DNA from: Azolla caroliniana
Taxonomy: Eukaryota; Plantae; Polypodiophyta
Assembly: GCA_043228905.1 (NCBI GenBank)
Contig: JBHGNT010000006.1
Coordinates: forward strand, 16,802,001-16,866,000
Reading direction: 5' to 3'
Length of the DNA: 64,000 bases
Position 1 is the stretch's first letter. Each line of letters begins with the position of its first letter. The notes under the pieces are model-generated. The model saw only the letters and a program-made list of their open reading frames with translations, was not told the DNA's origin and searched no databases. The position numbers and the translations under genes are program-made. Positions 23,998-34,121 of the stretch are shown here, in pieces.

Positions 23998-26900
23998 GTC
24001 CGGCCAAAATAGGAGCCATTTGGCTGGACCATCCTAGCTATGTAGAGTTAGTTCCTAGTCGTGGTTCCATTTCATCAAATCAAGTGAGTCGAGTTTTTTC
24101 AGCACAAGTCGAGCTTACCACATCTACATGTCATCGAGTCCTAGCCTCTGCCCTTCTAGATTCTGGAGCCAACTCTTGTTTCATGGATCGTGAATTTGCC
24201 TTGTCACAAAACATCCTCTTGAATAAGCTTCCCAACCCAGTAGCCGTAGGAGTCATCGATGGACGTCCCATAGCATCAGGAGATATTGTCGAGGAGTCCG
24301 AGCCAATTAGGATAGTTCTTGGCAATTTGGCAAGCCTAATCTCTTTCAATATTATTCGTAGTCCGGACCACCCAATAGTTCTAGGTCTCCCCTGGTTTGA
24401 ACTCCATAACCCGAAGATTGATTGGATGAAAAGAACAATTGAGGAGACTCGGGAAAAAAGCACAAATCCCGCATCCCTCTCTCCTACATGTGCTAATAGA
24501 TCCCCGGAGTTATCGCCCATCTCTTTACGACAGTTGCGGGAGGAATGGGGGAACGAGGCCATGTTCGTCTTCGCAATAGTAGCAACTCCATCATCCACTT
24601 CACGTGACGCGGATATTAAACTACCAGAGAAATACAAGGAGTTTTCAGATTTCTTTGATAAGGTGAAGGCCAATACATTACCGGAGCATCGGCCATACGA
24701 CTGCCCTATTGACTTACAACCAGGGAAAGAACCTCCATGGGGCCCAATTTATAATCTCTCCCCTGTAGAGCTAGAGACTTTGCGGGAATATATTGATGAG
24801 AATCTGGCAAACGGATTCATTCGGCATTCTAGATCCCCTGCTGGTGCACCCATCTTCTTCGTTAAGAAGAAGAATGGGACTCTTCGGTTGGTCGTGGATT
24901 ATCGAGGGCTAAACAAAGTGACTATCCGAAATAGATATGCTCTACCATTAATCCCGAATCTTTTGGAACGTCTCAGTGGTGCAAAATATTTCACGAAGTT
25001 GGACCTTCGCGGAGCATATAATCTAGTTCGGATTCGCCCGGGGGATGAATGGAAGACAGCTTTCCGCACTCGCTATGGACATTTTGAGTATACAGTGATG
25101 CCATTTGGTCTCACAAATGCACCTGCTGTTTTCCAACATATGGCGAACGATATTTTTCGAGATTTTCTTGATATCTTCACTATAGTTTACCTAGATGATA
25201 TTTTAATCTACTCAAAGACCCAAGAGGAGCATGATGCACATGTTCGTCAAGTACTGTGCCGACTCCGAGAATATGGTCTCTACGCAAAATTAGAAAAGTG
25301 TAGTTTCGGCCAGAATCAAGTGGAATTTTTGGGGTATGTTGTATCGTCAAATGGTATTGCTATGGACCCCATGAAGGTACAGACAATTTTAGAGTGGCAA
25401 ACGCCCCTTTCAGTGCGTGATGTGCAATGTTTTCTCGGGTTTGCAAATTTTTATCGAAAATTTATTAAAGATTATTCCAAGGTTGTGCTTCCGCTTACTC
25501 AGCTCACACATAAAGATCAACCATTTATATGGAGTTCAGATGCATCCGAGGCATTCGAAAGCTTAAAATGAGCATTTACAACGGCACCTATCTTAGCACA
25601 TGTCGACCCAACAAAACGCTTCATCCTCGAAGCCGATGCATCCGATTTTGCACTAGGGAGTGTCCTCTCGCAGACTGGAGATGATGGACAACTACACCCT
25701 GTCGCCTTTCATTCACGAAAGTTTGAAGCTGCAGAGATCAACTACGAGATCCATGACAAAGAGCTTCTTGCAATCGTGGATTCGTTTCAACAATGGCGAC
25801 ATTTCCTAGAAGGTTCTTTTCAACAGATCATTGTCTACAATGATCATAAGAACCTGACTTATTTCCAAAATGCTCGAGTCTTGAGTCGGCGACAAGCCCG
25901 GTGGGCGCAATTTTTGACTCACTTCGACTTTATCATCATATATCGCCCTGGGATGCAGCAAGGCAAAGCAGATGCTCTTTCTCGGCGCTCTTATATGGAA
26001 CTTCGTCCAGGGGAACCTGCTTTTGAGCATCAAAAACAAATCCTTTTGGGTCCTAATCGATTACGATTAATGGTAGTTAACACCATAACAGCTCTTGAAA
26101 ATTCCACTCTTCTTGATTCCATTCGAGATCATATGGCCACTGATGATTTCGTCAAGGATGTTTTGGATCATATCGTCCCGGATCGTGCTTCTTGCTCACA
26201 GTCGAAAAATCCTCGTAATGACTATTGTCAGTTCTATTGGCATGATGGTTTTCTATTTCGACAAAATTTATTGTATGTTCCTGATGGTCCCCCACGACTA
26301 CAAGTTTTGCAACATTGCCATGACTCACCAATGGCTGGTCATTTTGGAGTTCACAAGACTCTAGAATTAATTTCTCGACACTATTGGTGGCCTCGCCTTC
26401 GTCATTTTGTTGAGGAGTATGTTCGGAGTTGTGATATATGTTGTCGATCAAAGAATCCTCGTCACCGACCCTATGGCTTACTACAACCACTTCCCATTCC
26501 GGAAACACCTTGGAAGTCTATATCCTTGGACTTCATTACTGATCTCCCAGTTTCAAAAGGTTTTGATGCAATTATCACAGTGGTTGATCGATTTACCAAA
26601 ATGGCACATTTCTTGCCATGTACAAAGTCGATTACTAGTCAAGAGACGGCTGATCTCGTTATGCGGGAGGTATTTAAGCATCATGGTCTGCCAGATGATA
26701 TTATTAGTGATCGTGGTCCACAATTCATCTCAAAGTTTTGGAAGCACCTATTCAAACTTCTCCACATTTCAGTTAAGCTTTCTTCGGGCTATCATCCTGA
26801 AACAAATGGCCAAACAGAGTGTACCAACCAGACATTGGAACAATATCTTCGTTGTTTCATCAACTATCAACAAGATGATTGGGTTGCATTTTTGCACTTG

Positions 26901-27635
26901 GCGGAATTCGCTTACAACAACTCAGTCCATTCTTCTACAGGATATTCCCCATTTTTCGCAAATACGGGCTGTCATCCTCGATGGACGATGAATGCGCATC
27001 CAGAAGTTCCTACCAACCCTGCTGCCGAGGATCGTCTTAGTCGCCTCCAAGAAATTCAAGCTAACATTCTCCACAATTTGCACGATGCTCAATTTACACA
27101 CAAGAGGCTTGCCGATCGTCATCGTCTAGACTCCTCAAAAAAGTTCCGCATTGGGGATCATGTATGGCTTCTCCAACACAACATCAAGACCACTCGACCT
27201 TGCAGTAAATTGGATTACCAACGTTTTGGCCCTTACATGATCACTGGTAAGATAAGTGATGTTGCATTTCGTCTTGACCTCCCTCCGCACATGCATCTTC
27301 ATCCGGTGTTTCATGTATCCCTTTTGGAACCTTATACTACAAGTTCAATTCCGGGCCGTCTTACGACACCCCCACCACCTGTCGAGTTCTTGGACGGGCC
27401 TGAATTTGAAGTTGCTGCCGTTCTCGATTCTAAAATCGTGCGCAACAAGTTGTATTACTTGGTCGATTGGCTAGGCTATACCCCCAATGATCGAACTTGG
27501 GAACCTGCCACAAATCTTTCCAATGCTGCAGAACTCATCAATGCATTTCATCGCCAATATCCTTGTAAACCAGGTCCTAATACAAACCCTACGACCCGTG
27601 AGACGTGTCGTCGAAGAAGGGGGATAGTGTCATGA
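23991..27635 (+). pseudogene. pol: T1 Pol (PR-RT-RH-INT-chromodomain) in the -1 frame, one internal TGA at 25569
   Basis: LLDSGA, YLDD, EADASDFALG, HHCC/DDE and chromodomain EFEVAAVLDS..YLVDWLGY...TWEP. ORFs 24084-25571 and 25776-27635 share a frame. Confidence 0.93.
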
Positions 27636-30012
27636 TAACAGTCACATCATGCATCGAAAGGATCATGACACTCACATTATGACTCGAAAGGATTTGAACC
27701 CACGACCTTGTTGTACACATGTCAAATCGTTAACCATTGTATTAATATTCTTATATGTATAGTCTCTAGAATATGAAATCTAATATCATAGGAATATTCT
27801 ATATTACTCTACATTCTAGAATGACCTAGAATATTCTAGAGTGTTCTATACCACTAGAACCTTCTAGAATACTCTAGAGATCTTCTAGATTACTCTACAT
27901 TCTCTAGGATAACCTAGAATATTCTAGAGAGTTCTCTATTACTTATAAATAGGGATCTACCACCCATCCCAAACCTAAATTGGTTCAACGCCATTTTGTA
28001 GCCTACTCTTTGTAATCCATTTTACGCTTCAATATAATAATTCTCTTTCAATTATCCCTCTATCTCTTTTTCTCTCTCTTTCTCTCTCTCAGTCTTGACA
28101 CAGCATAGGCTAGGTCGGGCCGGGTCGCCGCCATTGCGTACATGATACGTCCTACGGCCGATGCGTAGGGCATGTTTCCATTAAGCTCTCTCTACTTGTC
28201 CGTTGAAGGAGAGTTTATGTCTGATAGTCGGATCGACATCGGAAGCGGTGTTGGTTTTGGCTTCGCATTTTCCATGTTGAAGTGCCTTAGCACCTTCTGG
28301 ATATAGTCGGACTGGGAGAGTCAGAGAGTCTTGGTTGTCTGATTTTGCTCGATCCTCATGCCCAGTATGTGATGGGCTTGTTCGAGTTCCTTCATCGCGA
28401 ACTTGTCGTGAAGGGTCCGCTTCAGCTTTCCAATCTCTACTTGATTTCTTCCTACAATTAGCATGTTGTCGACATATAGGATCAGGTAAATCCTAGACTC
28501 ATTGGCCAGTTGTCGAACATACATGCATGGGTCGAAGTCGGATCGACGGTATCCAAGCTTCTTGATGTAGGAGTCGAACTTCTGGTACCACATCCTCGGC
28601 GCGTGTTTCAAGCCATAGAGGCTTTTCTTTAGTCGACATACGAGGTGACTTTCCTCCCCTGTCATCGTGAACCCTGCCGATTGAGACATGTAAATGTCTT
28701 CTTCCAGATCTCCGTGTAGGAATGCCATCTTTACATCCAACTACACTAGCTCTAGGTCTTCTGTCGCCACAACTCTTAGTAGGAGTCTGAGGGTGGTCAT
28801 CTTGACAACTGGTGAGAATATCTCGTTGTAGTTGAACCCATGTTCTTGTTTGAACCCTTTCGCAACAAGCCGAGCTTTGTATTTGGGTTCTCTGAGTCGG
28901 ATACATATTTGTATCAGAAAACCCATTTGCAGGTTAGCGGCTTTCTTCCAGCTGGTAATTCAACCAACTCTCATGTCTGATTCTTGTGAATCGAGCCCAT
29001 TTTGGATCTCATGGCTTGAAGCCATATGTCGGTGTTCAGTGTGGCCATAGGTTCGTCATATGTGCCTAGTTCACCTGCATCAGTGTAGTTGACATAGTCG
29101 AGGCCCGATTGATAGAACATTGTCGGCCTTCGAGCTCGTCCAGATCTCTTGGGTGCCAAGATAAGTGGTTCCAATTCTTCGATCAGCTCTGTTGATTGAC
29201 CATTATTTGTTAAACCGTTTGTGCCATGAGTCTTGTTAGGTGACCTGCCCCCATGTTGGGATTTCAACGGTGTCATGGCGTTCTCCCCTATGGGCTTTGT
29301 CGACTCGGACTTGTTCCCAAATCGCATCTTGTTGACTTTTCTTTGTTCGACTCTTGTTGAATTGGCTCTATCTTTGATGGCTTTGTCTTCGAGTTCGACT
29401 ATTGGACTTGTTGCTGATTCGGAGTTGGCAGGTATATTATTCGCTTGTTCGAGTTCGACTGTTTATCGAGTCTCTAAGTCATCCTGGTGGGTCTGTCTTT
29501 CTACGACAACTCTATCATCTTCGAAGGATACCCTTTTACCAACTATTTTTTGTTGGTTCCGTTGAGAGAAGATAGAGTCTTTATTGAAGACTACATCACT
29601 GCTCCGGATCAGTTTCCGGTTCTCTAGATCCCATAGCCGGTAGCCGAAGTCCCCATCGGTTCCATAACCGAGAAATATGCATTTTGTTGCATGGGGTGCC
29701 AACTTGGTCCTTTTCTCCCTGGGGATGAACGCGTATGCTTCGCATCCCGATACACGGAGCCAATCGTAGGTCAGTTGTTTGCTTGACCATAGTGCATCTG
29801 GCACTTCGAGCCTGATTGCTTTCAACGGTGAAAGATTTGCGAGGTATATTGATGTCTACAATGCCTCGGCCCAAAACTCTAGATTCAGTCCGGCTTGTTG
29901 GAGGATTGCAGTCACCCTCTCCTGGATCGTTCAGTTGTTCCGTTCTGCCACTCCATTCTGCATGGGTGTGTAAGGAACGGTGTTGCGATATTCTGCAAGT
30001 ACGTGTAGGATC

Positions 30013-30846
30013 TGTTGGGAGACAGGTCCCTCCGGATGGGAAGGGGGGAAGATCAGTGACGATGAACAAATTCGGCCAAGGCCGATAGGCCGAGGCCGAA
30101 ACCGTATGAGGAGGACCCCGGCTACGGAGAGCCGGATGGTGTAGGCCCGGTTGAGGAGTACCCGGCTACGGAGAGCCGGATGGTGCAGGCCCGGTATGAA
30201 CCGGATGAGGAGTACCCAGTTACGGAGAGCCGGATGGTGCAGACTCGGCATGAACCGGATGAGGAGTACCCGGCTACGGAGAGCCGGATGGTGCAGGGCC
30301 GGTATGAACCGGATGAGGAGTACCCGGTTACGGAGAGCCGGATGGTGCAGACCCGGTATGAACCGGAGGAAGAGACCTATTCGTAAATATGTTTATGAGA
30401 GCCCATTGTGGCTATATTTGTAAATAGCCGAAAAGTCATATTAGTATAAATATGACTTAGGGCAAACTAATAGTTGGTCGTTGTTGTTACTTTTTCTTGT
30501 TGGTGCAAGAAGAAGAGAGAGCACGTAATAGTGTACAGAGAGAGAGAGAGAGAAAGAGGTCGTTGCCTCTGTTGTAACCACCGCCTGTGGCGAAGAGCGT
30601 GAGTCCGAGGTCGTTGCCTCCGAGAACTCACTATTTTGTACATTCATACATAGTGACAGTTTGCAGCCTGTGGGCTCCCGTGGTTTTTTCCCCTAGTTTG
30701 GGGTTTTCCACGTAAACCTCCTGTGTAGTGTGTGTGTGTGTATCTTCCTCTCCTTTGTATCGTGTTTTGTTTCCCGTTTTTCTGTGTGTCATTCTACGCT
30801 CGGTTGTGGCCGAGCGTTGCGCATAAGGAACGTTGGGTTCCCGTTA
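30013..30846 (+). mobile_element. Solo LTR of a copia-B-related family with a 54-bp tandem repeat
   Basis: TSD GGATC at 30008-30012 and 30847-30851. Starts TGTTGGGA, ends TA instead of CA. R/U5 similar to the copia B LTR. About 5 x 54-bp units at 30108-30370. Confidence 0.88.
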
Positions 30847-31719
30847 GGATCTTAGGCAGGACCACAAGGGTCTTGGACTAGGGAGTAGAGGAGAAATGGA
30901 AGTTTAGCCCAAGAGGAGATGAGAAAGAATAAGACATAAACATAGAATAGAATAGATGGAGTCAAGATACACCCACAAGGCAAGAAGATCAACAAGCTAT
31001 ATTAAGAGTTCACAAAATATTACAACCAAGGCCGCATAGGCCACACCAAACGGTATAACAAAACCCTAACCGGATAAGCAAGTAAAGAAGATGAAGAAGA
31101 AACCCTAAACAAACCCTAAAACCGAAATGGGAAACCCTCGACCTAAGTTGTATATCTCTCTCCCTCAAAATAGGCAACCCCTTCCAAAGTGACCCCTCAC
31201 TCCCTTTTATAGTAGTAAGGGGTGAGGCACATTACAAGAGTGGTCAAACCCCCTTCTCCTTTCCAAAGGAGAATATTTGATCTCGATCTTGAGACCGTTG
31301 GCCATAACTCTCACTCCTCTAGCCATCCTATTCAATGCCCATTACTCCCTTCACTTATTCTTCACGTACCTCTATCTAGTCTACCAAGTGCACATCACAT
31401 TTACACTTAACAAACTCCGTGGAGCACCTTTAGCACCTTAGGTTAATGCCCTTCCCCTTTACATTTTGTTATCTTATTTTTATATACAAATGTACAAGTA
31501 TTGCTATGACCGTAGGATCGTGACAAGGAGTGCGAGCGAACTAGCACAACTATTGAGATGATATGGGAAGAGTAAGAAAAGAAATAAAGCAATGATGCAA
31601 GTGAAACTAAGCTGAGTAGGATTAGAGGTGACCAAGAGTAAAAGAGAATGAGAGAATGAGATAAAAGAAGAAGAGAAGAGTGAGTGAGAAAAGAGAAAAG
31701 CTTAAGAAATTTCCACACG

Positions 31720-33738
31720 AACCGTCGTAGCATCCCGTTCCACCATATCCGTCGCACATCCTCGAGCCGTCGGCTCCAACCGATCCACCACGTCCACCGT
31801 GTGTCCCCGAAACATCGACTCCATCCGAACCGCCATATCCACCACACGCGCCTTCCTCCTCGGTCGGTCCTCCCGAACGTCGTTGCCGATACAATCACTC
31901 TTTCTTTGTCCGCCGCGTAGGTCCTCCGATTAGGCCCTCAGTCACCCCATTTGCTCGCCGGATTCTGCCCATGGCGTACCGCATGTGTTCTATCTCCGGC
32001 TCGATCCTCTCTTCGTCTCGAACACCTCGTGCCGATTCCCTCTGTTCCGCGCTCACCTTCCGTAGGCTCTTTCCGTGTGCCATTGTTGTCTCCCGAACAC
32101 ACGCTCGTTCTTCGGTCCCTCGGCGACCTCATTACGCGCTCCTCGCTTCCCCTTTGCTCGCCATGATCTCTCGCCATAGAGAGTACCGTCATCCCGACCT
32201 CCATGTCAGTGTCCTTCGCGACTCTTGTTACCGCTTCACCCCGACTCTCGTCCTCTTGGCCCGCTTGTACTCGCATGTCCTCCGGGACGCCACATTTTCT
32301 CTTCTCGATGTGTAGCCCTTTGTCCTCCGCGCACCATCCTTCGCTCTCGTCGTTCGTTCATCGACCCCAGCACCTCACCGCTCCATCCTCCGTCTCGTAC
32401 TTGCCTCTCAAAGGCTCGACCGGTCCGACGTTGCCGGTCACTCGTTGCCGCTCCTCCAGGTGCATGCTCGTTCTTTGGCCCTCCGCCGGCCATAATGTAT
32501 GCTTCGTGTTACGCCCTTCATCCACCGTAGACCCGCCCTCTGCGTCGGTCTCTTCTTCCCTTGTTGCCATAACCCCTTCCGACTCCGTTTCGCCGTCTTG
32601 GTCCCGCTCACCCATCTTCCCGCACCGGATACCCGCTCCGGTAACCGACTCCTCGCTGCCACCCGCCGTCTCTCCGGTCTTACGTTGATCTGCAACCACC
32701 GAAGTCTCTAGAATAGGTGTGGAGGGTCCCGCTTGTATCCGGTCGTCAACCGAACCGTGGTGATCGTGCCCGATTAGCCTCCTCGTGCTCACCGGCTCGC
32801 ACCACGCGTTGTGGCTTGTATGCCTTGATGTCCAATCATGCCGGCTTGGTCCTTGCCCGGTTCGGTCCCGACCGATCATGTTCCGGTTTGGTCGGCTTCC
32901 TTCCATAATCGTAACCGGCCGGTAAGGGTTCGGCCGAACACTTCCGGTCTTGCCGGCTCTTCTTCGATTCGGGCTCGGTTGACCGGCCCCCGCTTCATTC
33001 TTTTCCCAGCTCGCCTTCCGGTCGTGTTGGTTCCCGACTCTCTCCTTGTTGCCGCTCTCGGCCCCCCCTTCGGTCCTTTCGTATATGCCCGTTTCGGGCC
33101 TCGCATCCTCCTCTTCGTTTCGGTCACCTGCCTTGTTGCCGCCACCATCCGTCACTCTAGGTCTCATACCGACTCTCGGGCCGGATGCCGGAGTCTCTAG
33201 AACCGGTGCGGGTTAGATCCCGGCACCGCCGCTCATTATGTCCGTAGCCACCTCCACCCAGACGTCGTTGTTCGTGCCTACCCCATCTCCGATCGTGGAA
33301 GCCTCGATTATGCTTGTCGCCTCCTCTTCCTCAATCTCCTTGTCTTCTTCTTGGTTGCCCGCCTTGCCACCACCACCGTTCGTCACTCTAGGTCCCACAT
33401 CGGCTCTGAGGCCAGACGTTGGAGTCTCTAGAATCGGTGTGGGTAAGTTCCCAGCACCACCTCTCGTCTCCTCCCCGCTCGATGTTTCGGGCCATCGTGT
33501 CCCGAATCCTCCCCCCACTCTCGAAGTGGCGCTCCCCGCTTCGTAGTCACCGGCCTCATCCATGGCCATCCCTTTTCTGCAAGACGAGAGGGTCGCTTGC
33601 TCCGCACCCTCTCCCACATCGTCGCAGTTGCACGCTCTCCCGGCCTCCACATAGGCCCCATCGTCCACGCATAGGGAGGCTCCGATCGTCTCCGGCCTGA
33701 CTCCATAATAAGCCCTTCTTCGGCTTCAAACTTCTCCT
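31720..33738 (-). pseudogene. Low-complexity extension ORF of element N unit 1
   Basis: ORFs 33213-33668 and 32358-33167 are in one frame separated by a single stop. Recurring (L/S)TPILET motif; homologous peptides in unit 2. Confidence 0.6.
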
Positions 33739-34121
33739 TGTAAACGTAAGTGTTTGCGGAAGTGTAAAACAGAGAACAACAGAGAGAGAGAGAGAGAGCA
33801 GAACACAATTTCAAAATTATATCAAGACTCTATCTACACACTGTGCTAAGTAGCACTATTTATACAAGTCCTCTTGGGACTGACAGAAGTACCATGTACT
33901 TCAATGCTCACATGAGCATCTGACACTTACTACGAGACTATAGCTACCTAGTAGTCTATCCTATACTAGGCTTCCGATTGGACTTCCGGTTACGGATTGC
34001 ACCCGGCCTCCACTGCTTGCCGGTTCGGTTGCTCACCGTCATACCGATCCGTTTCACCCGATCCGTCTCGCTTACCGGCTCCGGCTTATTCAGCCGATCC
34101 GGCTCTGGTTGAGCTTGCCGC

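Larger units (their letters stand above)
22312..28100 (+). mobile_element. Tcn1-like Ty3/gypsy chromovirus T1
   Basis: 473-bp LTRs at 22312-22784 and 27628-28100, identical by eye. TSD CGGCA/CAGCA. No tRNA PBS. PPT GAAGAAGGGGGATAG. Gag and pol in different frames. Group I chromodomain. Confidence 0.95.
22046..29980 (-). pseudogene. pol: Old copia element E remnant (INT-RT-RNase H), interrupted by T1
   Basis: TVPYTPMQNGVAER and CIFLGYGTDGDFGYRLWD (INT); MDVKMAFLHGDL (RT); YIDSDYAG and ALSTTEA (RNase H). The frame rejoins across 22311/28106. Confidence 0.88.

Noticed and set aside
30151-30423. ORFs with 18-aa repeats (MRSTRLRRAGWCRPGMNR)
   Set aside because: These are translations of the 54-bp LTR tandem repeat in a solo LTR; nothing suggests a gene.
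31500-31715. Purine-rich segment replacing the end of the first N LTR; possible separate insertion
   Set aside because: No TSD or clear termini. A weak resemblance to an N-type LTR end (GTAGGATC) suggests a recombination remnant, but it cannot be called.
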